Shown here piece after piece: positions 51,200-63,639 of a DNA stretch of 64,000 nucleotides. The stretch is from the NCBI RefSeq assembly GCF_001194135.2, contig NC_068990.1, positions 82,504,442 through 82,568,441 of the forward strand. Direction: 5' to 3'. The translations under genes and the position numbers were made by a program. The stretch comes from Octopus bimaculoides. Its lineage: Eukaryota. The notes beneath the pieces were generated by a model. That model worked only from the letters and a program-made list of their open reading frames with translations, was not told the DNA's origin and ran no database searches. Each line of letters opens with the position of its first letter. The stretch's first letter is position 1.

Positions 51200-52707
51200 C
51201 ACACACAAACGTTAGGATACATATAAACGTCTTCTTCAATAAAACCTACCTATCTATCTACCTATTTCTCTCTCACAGTATACACAAACGCATACACACA
51301 CACCCACTCATACATATGTACATACACAAATACATGCATACACAAAGAGATATCTGTATATATGAAAAAAGCAAATGTGAGCTTGTCTTCGATCACTGTG
51401 TTTGTTATTAATTCGTATAGGGTACCTTCCTTCTAGCTCTCCATATTACAGTCTTTGTCGGCGTTCAGCCAGGATAACTTGAAAAGACTACAACGAATGA
51501 ATCCATTGCCTGAAGAAACGGAAGAAAATCACTTGGGGTGATCAGAGATATCCGATGCAGAAATCATCAACCGGTCACGATCCTGACAGAAGATACTATT
51601 GAAACAAAGACTGCGCCATGTAGATGACAAGTATGTCACCAAAACTGCAGAGCCTGTCTTCTCAGAAAAAGAAGTGTTAAACAGTCCGACAACGCTCACA
51701 AATTTCGGAGATTACACAAAATCTAGGTGCAAACACGGTGATTCGAGGAAAGCAAAAAGTGTTCAAATACTTTCAACTTGTCCCATTCTGTCAGTTTGGC
51801 TTAGTATGTCATGATTCCATACATCATAACGGTGTCGCCGAGCGCTCGTTGTATGCAAAAGTTTTCGTAGCTAAATTGATATCCGTCCTAGACCAAAGCT
51901 GTTACTTTTTTTTTTTTAATTACAATCTCTGTGGGGAGTCGTACATCACTTCTATAGCGCAAAGAAAGTTCGTATAATTCTAGAGTGCATGTCCGTGAAT
52001 TAGACAGTTGACCTCAGCAACCCTTTCTTCATACTTTGGCACATAATGACTTTTTGTGAAAAGGAATAATTATTGGTAAACGAGTGAGTATGATGTTATT
52101 AACAGGAAGTAGTACAAGATTAAAAGGAAGATTTTAGTGTTACAATGATGCTAATAAGGATTCCTGACACAACAAAAGTCCTCAAATTTGGGTGAGGCTA
52201 TAATTGATTACATCGACTACAATAATTGTCTAGTACCTCCAAAATGGTCAAATCCACAGTGACCTCAGGAAAAGAAAAAAAAATGTAAGATATTTTGTGC
52301 TACGTTCAACAGATTGTATATAGCGTAACTTCAAACAACAACATAGCATAATGAGATGCCAACAAATGAACTGAATTGCGTGCAACAAATTAGAAAAATA
52401 TACGTTGAAAACTATAGTTAGCACTTTTTGAAAACAATATAAACAGAATGATCGAAAGTCAACGATCAAAAGTGATAGACACAAACAGCGTAACTCTAAA
52501 ACGTGCAAAAGAGAAAAATCAAGAATCAGAACATATAATCAAGTAAGAAACACAATTTGTGTAGAAAATTTATGGATGCGAACGTTTGAAAATATAATGA
52601 AACCGAACTGAGTACTATGTAAGTATTTATTAGAAATGAATTTCATTTCAAAGGACCAGTTTTCGAAATTAGAATTAATTTCTCGAGGTGCTTCGAAAAT
52701 TTAATAA

Positions 52708-52960
52708 TTATATTTACATGTAAACATTGCCGAGAAAATTCTCCTCACGAAACTGGCCTTAAACCATGTAAAAGAGTAACGCAACACTGGTAGCAAATTA
52801 GACAACCATATACAAGAAAAAGTTTCCAGTGAACAATTTGATAAGTGTAGTGAACATTGTTCATATTTACTATTTTCTCTCTTTATGAGTGTAGCGAGTC
52901 AAGAACGCGACAAGAAAAAATACTTATCACAGAAAAACAATCAATAATTATGGGAAGAAA
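52708..52960 (+). mobile_element. Penelope-like GIY-YIG endonuclease remnant
   Basis: Frame IIFTCKHCRENSPHETGLKPCKRVTQHW*QIRQPYTRK...FTIFSLYECSESRTRQEKILITEKQSII resembles the PLE pattern ITC..C.ENYIGQT...RKR.T.H.QQIR.P.TRK...FT.FPFY...R..KE..FI. Confidence 0.6.
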
Positions 52961-53244
52961 ATTAATGCATTGTTTTAGATGACATAAATTCGTTGCCATC
53001 ACTAAGTTATGTTCCATGACGTAACTTTGTTAAAACCCTTGACACAAAACTGCCATAAATTCAAAACTACAACTTGATTACGTTTATAGAAACGAGCTTC
53101 AGTTAGTGCAGTTTGTTCTATCTTTGAACATGCGTAAAACGCATAAGGGAATTATAAAACAATTTAGGGATGAGGAAATGCCGTTAGATTTGAAACTGCT
53201 TGGAATAGATCTATGACCATTTTTGCTATATATTCTATTTTGAA

Positions 53245-53366
53245 ATAATAATAATAATAATGAGAAGAAGAAGAAGAAGAAGAAGAAGAAGAAGAAGAAG
53301 AAGAAGAAGAAGAAGAAGAAGAAGAAGAAGAAGAAGAAGAAGAAGAAGAAGAAGAAGAAGAAGAAG
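53245..53366. repeat. (AAT)n(AAG)n microsatellite
   Basis: Perfect arrays before a gap. Confidence 0.97.
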
Positions 53367-54336
53367 NNNNNNNNNNNNNNNNNNNNNNNNNNNNNNNNNN
53401 NNNNNNNNNNNNNNNNNNNNNNNNNNNNNNNNNNNNNNNNNNNNNNNNNNNNNNNNNNNNNNNNNNNNNNNNNNNNNNNNNNNNNNNNNNNNNNNNNNNN
53501 NNNNNNNNNNNNNNNNNNNNNNNNNNNNNNNNNNNNNNNNNNNNNNNNNNNNNNNNNNNNNNNNNNNNNNNNNNNNNNNNNNNNNNNNNNNNNNNNNNNN
53601 NNNNNNNNNNNNNNNNNNNNNNNNNNNNNNNNNNNNNNNNNNNNNNNNNNNNNNNNNNNNNNNNNNNNNNNNNNNNNNNNNNNNNNNNNNNNNNNNNNNN
53701 NNNNNNNNNNNNNNNNNNNNNNNNNNNNNNNNNNNNNNNNNNNNNNNNNNNNNNNNNNNNNNNNNNNNNNNNNNNNNNNNNNNNNNNNNNNNNNNNNNNN
53801 NNNNNNNNNNNNNNNNNNNNNNNNNNNNNNNNNNNNNNNNNNNNNNNNNNNNNNNNNNNNNNNNNNNNNNNNNNNNNNNNNNNNNNNNNNNNNNNNNNNN
53901 NNNNNNNNNNNNNNNNNNNNNNNNNNNNNNNNNNNNNNNNNNNNNNNNNNNNNNNNNNNNNNNNNNNNNNNNNNNNNNNNNNNNNNNNNNNNNNNNNNNN
54001 NNNNNNNNNNNNNNNNNNNNNNNNNNNNNNNNNNNNNNNNNNNNNNNNNNNNNNNNNNNNNNNNNNNNNNNNNNNNNNNNNNNNNNNNNNNNNNNNNNNN
54101 NNNNNNNNNNNNNNNNNNNNNNNNNNNNNNNNNNNNNNNNNNNNNNNNNNNNNNNNNNNNNNNNNNNNNNNNNNNNNNNNNNNNNNNNNNNNNNNNNNNN
54201 NNNNNNNNNNNNNNNNNNNNNNNNNNNNNNNNNNNNNNNNNNNNNNNNNNNNNNNNNNNNNNNNNNNNNNNNNNNNNNNNNNNNNNNNNNNNNNNNNNNN
54301 NNNNNNNNNNNNNNNNNNNNNNNNNNNNNNNNNNNN
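53367..54336. other. Assembly gap (N run)
   Basis: Largest N run in the window; the end coordinate is approximate. Confidence 0.95.
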
Positions 54337-54918
54337 ATATATATATATATATATATACATATATATATGCATACAATAAAACATACACATACATATATAC
54401 ATATTTGTAAATATATATAAATATATATACACACACACATACATATAAATGTGTGAGGTTGTGTATATGCATGCGTATATGTATGTACACACACACATAT
54501 ATGTATACATGCGGTCCCACGCACACACAGACATATGCAGGCGCTTATGTGTAAAAAAGGAAATACGTGCAGTATTATTTTGTATTGTGTGCGTGCAATT
54601 AAGGTAATGTGTGTGTGTTTGTTTATGAGTCTACGTATGTCCGGCGTTTATAAAGCGATATAAAATCGAATTTTTTGCTAGACTGTAATGCACTGGTGCA
54701 ACGTTGAAATTGACTCTAAAAGGATGCAATCATGAAAAATAAATCTGAAAGTCTATTGAAAGCCATACACAGCCATTATTAGACAATTAATTTCGAAAAC
54801 AAAAAACAATGCATTAAATAAATAAATAATTGCATGAATAAATAATATCTTCACTACGTTCCCCTTTCTGGTATGTTCAGACCTCTTCACATGAGGTTAG
54901 ACGATAGAGGCATGTTGA

Positions 54919-56142
54919 TACCAGGTGGTATCAAAATGTTCCTGGATTGGATCAGTAGCGCGCCAACGGGTGGTAGCACAGAGTTGCGTGCACAGTGAGA
55001 GTTAGCAGAGATCTTCACGAGTCAGCGTGCCGAGTGACATTGCTGCAATTACTGTGCAAGTTGTGAAATTTGTATTTTTGCGATCATGTGTGCGCTGTAG
55101 TCTGAGATTTTCTCATGGAGAGGAAGTTATATGAAAAAGCCAACGTAAAATTTTGCGTGAAACTTAGAAAATCAGCTACAGAGACATTGAGCATATTTCG
55201 ACAAGCTTACTGCGAAGAGGCAATGTTTCGAGTGGCAGGGCGCTTCGAAAGCAGAAGAATGTCCCTGGAAGACGATGAGAGATCTGGAAAACATGAAACG
55301 AGCGTCACTTCCGGAAATATGAGGAAAATTCATCAACTTGTGTTTCAGGATCGTAGGAGAACAAACAATATTGCTGGCATTGTTGGTCTGTCGTATGGGT
55401 CCTTACAGGCAGTCCTAACGTGTCTCTGTCGAGTTAGTACCTCGCCCGATGATTCCTGAGAAGAAAGAACATCGCGTTGAAGTCTGACGAGAGTTAGGTT
55501 TACGGGTGCGACCCTGAGACGAAACAACAGTCGTCACAATGTTAGACCCCTTCTTCTCCACGGCCGAAGAAGGCATGACAGAGTTTCAGTTCAATCAAGG
55601 GCATGCTCACTGATGTTTTCCATATCAATGGTAGTGTGCATCGAGAATTCGTCCCCCAAGGCCAGACCGGCAATCGAGAGTTCTACTGCGACGTTTTGAA
55701 GCGTTTGAGGGAGGACATTCGGCGAAAGCGACAGGATCTGTGCAGCACGGAGGATTCGATTCTTCACGATGACAATACACCCTGTAACTGAGTTCTTCTC
55801 ACTCGCGAGTTTCTCACCAAAAACAGCATGGAATCGCTTCCGAACCCACCCTATTCGCCAGATTTCGCACCTTTCGACTTCCATCTCTTCCATAAGATGA
55901 AAATGTTAAGGTCACCGTTTTAACACCATGGTCGAGATCCAGAGCGAATCGCAGAAGGTCCCCGAATCGCTTACGGAAAACAACTTCCAGGCCGTATTCC
56001 AAAAGTGGGAGGAATGCAGGGGACCGGTGTATTGCTGCGCAAGGTGACGATTTCGCAGGAGATGATGTTAAAACTTAAGTAAAATAAGTGATTTTTTTTA
56101 TTAAGCGTAACTAGTTGGGGAACTTACTGATATCACCCTCAT
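54919..56142 (+). mobile_element. Full-length decayed mariner (DD34D-type) transposon
   Basis: About 1.22 kb, with diverged TIRs TA-CCAGGTGGTATCAAAATGTTCC and GGAACTTACTGATATCACCCTC. Confidence 0.9.
55115..56040 (+). pseudogene. Mariner transposase pseudogene
   Basis: Fragmented frames: KANVKFCVKLRKSATET (HTH), SLEDDERSG, VYGCDPETKQQSSQ, LHDDNTP (HDNAP) and PPYSPDFAPFDFHLF (YSPDLAP); multiple stops and frameshifts. Confidence 0.9.
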
Positions 56143-56291
56143 GCCTTATCTAAAGGTATCTCAACTCACTAGAGATTTAGAGAAACTAGAGAAACTAGAG
56201 ATTTAGAGAAACTGACTGAATACAAAACAGCAAATAATAATGATGATGATGATAATAATAATAATAATAATAATGATGATGATAATAATAA

Positions 56292-56411
56292 TACGCAAAA
56301 CACTTTCAATACAGTAAACATAAGAGCACCACAGCAAACCACAGCACATACCCAAGGCGCACAGAGCTGCGCTCGGTAGTGAAGTGAAAGTACGTTATAA
56401 AAATAAAACTA

Positions 56412-56420
<9 letters not shown>
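56292..56420 (+). mobile_element. R4/Dong-type LINE extreme 3' end within (AAT)n
   Basis: ACGCAAAACACTTTCAATACAGTAAACATAAGAGCACCACAGCAAACCACAGCACATACCCAAGG matches the 46991-47060 copy and is flanked on both sides by AAT repeats. Confidence 0.8.
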
Positions 56421-56460
<40 letters not shown>

Positions 56461-57029
56461 GCAACAACAAGAACAACAACAGGAGCAGCTACAGCAACAA
56501 TGATAACAATTAATGCTCTGATGCAACACCAGGCAGTGGCTGTCATGGCTTCTGATCTGAACTAATTGGAAGTGTTAACATGTTTTGGTTGGTGTAAATA
56601 ATGACCTACAATAAATATTTTGCTCATTACCACAGATTTCCTTGTCAGTTGCTTGACCATATCCAGTTGAGCGTGTTGCTTAGTGGGGCTGTGATAACGG
56701 TGTGGGATAGGCAGGTCAGTGAACTGAAGTTGGTATCTAGTAAATTGTTCTGTTCATATAAGAATCAAACTATTCACGTTGGATTTGAGCTCTCTGCAAG
56801 TGATTAGGAAGACTACTGACTCACCCAATCAAACTAAGAAGTTTCACCAGATTCTGTTTCATACATTGTTACATACGCAATCGTATATCAATCTATTCTT
56901 ACGCACACATAACAAAGTGGATATTTGGATTCATTGAATCAAGCAGAACTCACAGTATATGTTACTTTATATATATATATATATGAGGAGTGGGGTGGAT
57001 AGGCAGCAATATATATATGTATATATATA

Positions 57030-57676
57030 NNNNNNNNNNNNNNNNNNNNNNNNNNNNNNNNNNNNNNNNNNNNNNNNNNNNNNNNNNNNNNNNNNNNNNN
57101 NNNNNNNNNNNNNNNNNNNNNNNNNNNNNNNNNNNNNNNNNNNNNNNNNNNNNNNNNNNNNNNNNNNNNNNNNNNNNNNNNNNNNNNNNNNNNNNNNNNN
57201 NNNNNNNNNNNNNNNNNNNNNNNNNNNNNNNNNNNNNNNNNNNNNNNNNNNNNNNNNNNNNNNNNNNNNNNNNNNNNNNNNNNNNNNNNNNNNNNNNNNN
57301 NNNNNNNNNNNNNNNNNNNNNNNNNNNNNNNNNNNNNNNNNNNNNNNNNNNNNNNNNNNNNNNNNNNNNNNNNNNNNNNNNNNNNNNNNNNNNNNNNNNN
57401 NNNNNNNNNNNNNNNNNNNNNNNNNNNNNNNNNNNNNNNNNNNNNNNNNNNNNNNNNNNNNNNNNNNNNNNNNNNNNNNNNNNNNNNNNNNNNNNNNNNN
57501 NNNNNNNNNNNNNNNNNNNNNNNNNNNNNNNNNNNNNNNNNNNNNNNNNNNNNNNNNNNNNNNNNNNNNNNNNNNNNNNNNNNNNNNNNNNNNNNNNNNN
57601 NNNNNNNNNNNNNNNNNNNNNNNNNNNNNNNNNNNNNNNNNNNNNNNNNNNNNNNNNNNNNNNNNNNNNNNNNNNN
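57030..57676. other. Assembly gap (N run)
   Basis: N run flanked by (TA)n. Confidence 0.98.
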
Positions 57677-58529
57677 TATACGAATGTGTCTGTGTGTACG
57701 TGTATATGTGTGTGTGTACACACAGGGAAAACGATTCACACGCACACATATACATATGCACAGATACAATGACGGAGACTGAGTGTATGTATGTGTAAGT
57801 GAGATGGTCAATAATGTACAGCAGAATTGATCGTTTCGTTTACCTTAGTAAGACTATATATGTCAAGTGTTTTCAATACTTAACGTTACAACACTTGTGT
57901 GTGTTTAGGTGCTTCTATTGTAATATCGCCCTTCAGCAGAGAAACTCATCTCCTCATCAAATCGTACTATATTATCTGGACACTCAAAAACGAAATGCAT
58001 CCTTTTTTTTTTTTAATGACTATAGAATTACATGGCTATAGAAATATTTGCTACAGAAAAAGTGGCAGTAACTGAGACGCAGATATGTAAGGTCCTTATA
58101 AGTCAAATATACATAGAACCATATGTTTATTTATACTCACATACAATCATCTACACACATAGCCTCATGCATAAATATTCACTTGTATATTCCCAAACGC
58201 ATGCATTTACGCATGCACACATTCAAAGAAACGCTGGCACCAATTCGTGTTCTCTTTTACTTACATCTAAGCAAACAGAATCCCTTCTCGAAGGAACCTT
58301 CTCATTTAAGTAGAAACTGGAGCCAAAATTGGAAATCGCTCAAAGAGTCACAGTCATAATCTCACAAAAGTAGGAATAACATTTTGGACAAGCAACAGCC
58401 CATGGTATGTTAAAAAAGATGAACGGTCACAACCCGAAAGTGCCTGTAAGGATCTCGTCTACCCAATTTCACGGACAGGGTATGGGCCTCGAATCTATAC
58501 ATAGAAAATAATTATCCAAGAAGCCATGC

Positions 58530-58582
<53 letters not shown>

Positions 58583-59852
58583 NNNNNNNNNNNNNNNNNN
58601 CACAAACACACACACGCACACACACACAAACACACACACACGCGCGCGCGCGCGCACACACGTATATATATAGACATTACTCAGACATACATATATTCAT
58701 GCATACATATATTCATACACTGATGCAAACATATATTCATTCACACACATACGCACACATATATACATACATCCATTCATATATTTGCATATATATTGTA
58801 CGTCTCTGCACATAACTTGTGTTTTCAAATTTTGTATGTGTGTGTGAATGTTTGTATATGTGTATGTATAGGTATATATTTGTATATGTGTGCATATATA
58901 CACACATGCCTACCAGTATGAGTGTGTGTGTGTCTAGAGAGAGTGAGAGAGAGAGAAAGAAAGAGTGAGGCAGTGAGAGAGAGACAGTGAGAGAGAGAAA
59001 GGCGGAGATAGAGAGAGAAATTGTTATACACAGTTCTTTTTCCATATTTTGAAATGTATGTGTCTGTATATCTCTATGTGTGTGTGTATGGCTACGGGCA
59101 TATGCGTGTGAGTGTATGCGTGTGTTTATTCGCTAGAAATATGTGACGTTCATCGATTCATATACATTGCACACGTATTGCACAACTATATTGTACACAT
59201 TTCCTATGTAGACATAAGCCAGTCTTTAACGTCACAGTGTATGTATAACATTGAAAGTTAACACAAAGTAGGTACAGACACACAAAACACCTGCAGATAA
59301 AAGAGATGGGACTTGGCAATTATTACTGCATATTGCAGTATAAACTCACCCATTCGGAAATATTAAAGAGTCTTCTCACCTTCGTTCTCATCTATATAGT
59401 TGTAGACAGTAAACGAAACGAAAACTAAATATACACTTACATGCGTAAATACACATGCACACACATACACATGCTCGCACAGGCGTATGTAAAAAATATT
59501 TATGTATCACACACGTACATTGGCATTCGTATGGACAAGTGTGTATGAATGTATACATGTGTGCCCGCGTGTAAGCGTGAGTGTGTTGCTGTCTGTATAC
59601 GTGTGTATGATCATATGTTTGCCTCTGAGTATAATTGATTTTGTTTATACGCAGGAATGGTTAAATATTTACCTTCGTGTAGTGTGAGATTGAGATGGAA
59701 GGGAGTTTGGAAAATTGTTGGCTATTAATATATTATACTGTATGTATGTGTGTATATATATATATTTATATATGTATATATATATATATATATAAGTATA
59801 TAAATAAATATATCTCTGTATTGCACACAAGTGTATATATGATATGACTGTA

Positions 59853-59888
<36 letters not shown>

Positions 59889-60275
59889 NNNNNNNNNNNN
59901 NNNNNNNNNNNNNNNNNNNNNNNNNNNNNNNNNNNNNNNNNNNNNNNNNNNNNNNNNNNNNNNNNNNNNNNNNNNNNNNNNNNNNNNNNNNNNNNNNNNN
60001 NNNNNNNNNNNNNNNNNNNNNNNNNNNNNNNNNNNNNNNNNNNNNNNNNNNNNNNNNNNNNNNNNNNNNNNNNNNNNNNNNNNNNNNNNNNNNNNNNNNN
60101 NNNNNNNNNNNNNNNNNNNNNNNNNNNNNNNNNNNNNNNNNNNNNNNNNNNNNNNNNNNNNNNNNNNNNNNNNNNNNNNNNNNNNNNNNNNNNNNNNNNN
60201 NNNNNNNNNNNNNNNNNNNNNNNNNNNNNNNNNNNNNNNNNNNNNNNNNNNNNNNNNNNNNNNNNNNNNNNNNNN
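59889..60275. other. Assembly gap (N run)
   Basis: N run flanked by (TA)n; the end coordinate is approximate. Confidence 0.95.
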
Positions 60276-60840
60276 ATATACAAAGATATATATGTACAGA
60301 CGTACTCACATACATACATACATGCATATATAAATGCACACATATATGCACACACACACATAACGTAACGTAGCAGCTGGATAAGCAGGAAACTTAAGTA
60401 GGTTGATGAAAATATAAACTGAAGTTTTTGGTTCGTTTATGTAGGTGAAATTACCTGTGTTTATGTGTGCGTATATGTTTTTAGTGGGTGCGTGAATGCT
60501 CGTGTCTGTATCTATGTATGTGTATGTGCGTGCGTGTCTGTGGTGTTGTTTGCCTGTATAACTCAAAGGTACACAGAACCTTGTTATGGAATATATATAT
60601 CTCAGTGTGAAGGGTAATTCTGACAGTATTCTCTTCAATAATGAAATCACTCTCTTTCTGACGCAAATATTATTATTAGTAATACTTAACCCCACTTAAA
60701 GAGTTTTACGGCAGTAGAAACCATGAAATAAATTCTCATATAGGCTTTTGGCGTAAAATGCTGTTGTTCTATATATTGCTGGCGAGGAGACGAGTCGCTG
60801 CAATCTGTATGAGTCGTGGCAATCTCAAGCGGCCGAGTGT

Positions 60841-60887
60841 CCATCATTGATGAGACCAAGGAAGGTCGAAATTTCGTGATCTGATGG
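60841..60887 (+). ncRNA. Minimal type I hammerhead ribozyme motif (family F, copy 1)
   Basis: CCATCA-TTGATGA-GACC AAGGAA GGTC-GAAA-TTTCGTGA-TC/TGATGG: perfect 6-bp stem I, 4-bp stem II and AUC triplet. The only core deviation is C3U. Confidence 0.8.
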
Positions 60888-61192
60888 TCTCGGTGCTGGA
60901 GGTGGCAATGAGTTTTCTTCCCAGCTAGCGATATAAACAAGAGTGCATTTTGCACCAAAAGCCAATATGAGTTTCTCTCTTTGTATTTACCACGGTAAAG
61001 TTTGTCCTAACAAGACATCTACGTTTAAATGGGAATAAATTGACCTCTTGGTATTAAAACTCTCTCTATCGCTAATATATATTTCTTAGAAAGCCGACTG
61101 ACTAATCACCCCATCACTGCCTGTTCAGGCACTTATTTTCTATATATCACTGGCGAGTATATGAGTCATTGTTGTCTCTAGCAGTCGAACGT

Positions 61193-61239
61193 CAATCATT
61201 GAGGAGACCAAGGAAAGTCGAAATTACGCGATCCGGGGT
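61193..61239 (+). ncRNA. Decayed hammerhead motif (family F, copy 2)
   Basis: CAATCA-TTGAGGA-GACC AAGGAA AGTC-GAAA-TTACGCGA-TC; stem I is degenerate. Confidence 0.6.
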
Positions 61240-61462
61240 TGGTGGGGATATATCTCCCCACTAGCAATATAAACAGATGTGCATTCTGCACCAAAAACAG
61301 TTTCTCTCATGGTACTATTGCAGTGATAGTTCTTACAGAACAACCCCGTTTAATTGGGAATAAATAATATCTCTCGATATTAATATTGCCTCTATCGCTA
61401 ATATATACAATTTTTAGTGTTTAGCATTAAAAATATAATTCTTTATTTCTTCCCTGTTTTCG

Positions 61463-61532
<70 letters not shown>

Positions 61533-62100
61533 GAAATACAAATACAAATTTACAGGTAAAAACTCAATTAAATTCAATTTATTAAAAATTAAAATTAAAT
61601 TAAGTTTCACAGTATAAAATATATAAATATATAGTTTTAGAGAAAAGAACCAAAATCCATGAACTAATCCATGAAAATCCACAGTCACACATCGAAAAAT
61701 TAATANNNNNNNNNNNNNNNNNNNNNNNNNNNNNNNNNNNNNNNNNNNNNNNNNNNNNNNNNNNNNNNNNNNNNNNNNNNNNNNNNNNNNNNNNNNNNNN
61801 NNNNNNNNNNNNNNNNNNATAAGTAAAAGCACGAAATATAAGCATAATATTATACAAAGTAAATATCATACGATAAAGATAATAAAGATTTTACTTATTA
61901 ATTTTTCTATATGTGACTGTGGATTTTCATGGATTAGTTCATGAACTTTGGTTCTTTTCTCTAAAACTATATATATATATATATATATATACACATGCCC
62001 TTCCATACATATCTGTCTATCTGTACGTGTTTTGTGCAAAATGCTCGTTTGCTCATATAGCTAGCTGGGAGATAAATCGTCGCCACCTCCAACACCGAGA

Positions 62101-62140
62101 CCACCCGATCACGTAATTTCGACATTCCTTGACGCTCAAA
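62101..62140 (-). ncRNA. Partial hammerhead motif (family F, copy 3, inverted)
   Basis: Minus strand ...CAAGGAATGTC-GAAA-TTACGTGA-TC-GGGTGG; the 5' half of the core is damaged. Confidence 0.45.
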
Positions 62141-62336
62141 CGCTAGAGATCGCAGCGACTCACCTGCCCGCCAGCAATATATAGAAAATCAGCATTTTAT
62201 GCCCAAAAACCTATATGAGAATTTCTCTCATGGTATCTACTGCAGTAAAACTCTTTAAGTAGTGTTAAATATTACTTATAATAATGTTTACATCAGATAG
62301 AAAGTGGTTTCATATATGAAATATACTAAGAGAATA

Positions 62337-62545
62337 CTTTTCTCTACTCTAGGCACAAGGCCCGTAGTTTTGGGGGAGAAGGCTAGTCGTTTAGATCGAC
62401 CCCAGTACGCAACTGATACTTAATTTATCGACACTGAAAGGATGAAGGCAAAGTCGATCTCGGCGGAATTTGAACTCAGAACATAAAGACAGACGGAATA
62501 CCGCTAAGTGTTTCGCCCTGCATACTAACATTTCTACCAGCTCAT
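62337..62545 (-). mobile_element. SINE family A, near full length
   Basis: GGCACAAGGCC...ACTTAATTTATCGACACTGAAAGGATGAAGGCAAAGTCGATCTCGGCGGAATTTGAACTCAGAAC. Confidence 0.9.
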
Positions 62546-62989
62546 ACTAAGATAATACTGTCATAACAGGGTTCGGTGTACCTTTGAGTTATACAGGCAA
62601 ACAATAACAACAAGAACAACACACAGACAGATAATACGTACACATGGACAACTTCTCTGCTGTTTTGCGTTTGTGTTTGTAACATTTTCGTTTCATATTT
62701 GCAGCGAACTCTCTTTCCTCACTCAATACTCACGAGAAAGACACATTTTCAATGAATCACTTTGCCACCTACTCTAACCAACTGCATATTGAATACAGTG
62801 AATTCCCTAAGGACGGTCAATTACGATTATTAAAGCTAAAACAACTGATTTGATTACATTTACGTGAGAAAATCGGACGGTCGAAAGTATTCGTTTGAAG
62901 ATTTAGCTTCAAACGAATGACTAAATAATCAGTATTTATTTAGTACGCATTTCCTTTTGTTTTTACTCGGTATTTTCCAACACACATAC

Positions 62990-62992
62990 AGA

Positions 62993-63060
<68 letters not shown>
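62990..63060. repeat. (CA)n microsatellite
   Basis: Long CA run. Confidence 0.95.
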
Positions 63061-63065
<5 letters not shown>

Positions 63066-63212
63066 GCGTGCGCGTGAACATGACTGTGTAGCCGTTCATG
63101 CGGATGTAAACATAGATCTAAATATACATGTATAGAGAGATCTATACATATATATGCGTCTATGAATGTATGTATATGTATGTACACACACGCACACATA
63201 CATACACACACA

Positions 63213-63243
<31 letters not shown>

Positions 63244-63639
63244 CGTTTTAACTTAGGCACAACGATACATTTCTTTTATTAGCCACACAGGGCTCAACGA
63301 AGACGGGACAAATACAATGTAGAGCTTTTCTTTTTGGGAGGGGGAAGGAAAAAAAGGGGGTGTGTGGATCAAAAGGGATCGTAGGAAGGAAAAAGGGGGG
63401 AGTTCGATCTAAAGGGATCGAGAATAAAAAAGAAAAATGCATTTAGTCTATACGACCGACAACAATACTTGACTGGAAATAGTGAGGCATGTTAAAGTTA
63501 ATCTTGGCGGGAATGGAAACCACGATGTAATGAGCATCGCTAGAGAGAGCGATCACACCAGTAGCCACAACATTGTGTCCTTATCCACTACAGAGTTCAT
63601 TCGTGTCTGAGATATCAGCATCCAGTCAGGAAGAATTAG

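Larger units (their letters stand above)
60690..62264. mobile_element. Composite hammerhead-bearing element (family F): two tandem ~350-bp units plus an inverted third unit, bounded by TTAA
   Basis: Units at about 60690-61080 and 61135-61410 are direct repeats. 62030-62264 is an inverted copy of 60690-60955. TTAA occurs at 60686-60689 and 62265-62268. Confidence 0.8.
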
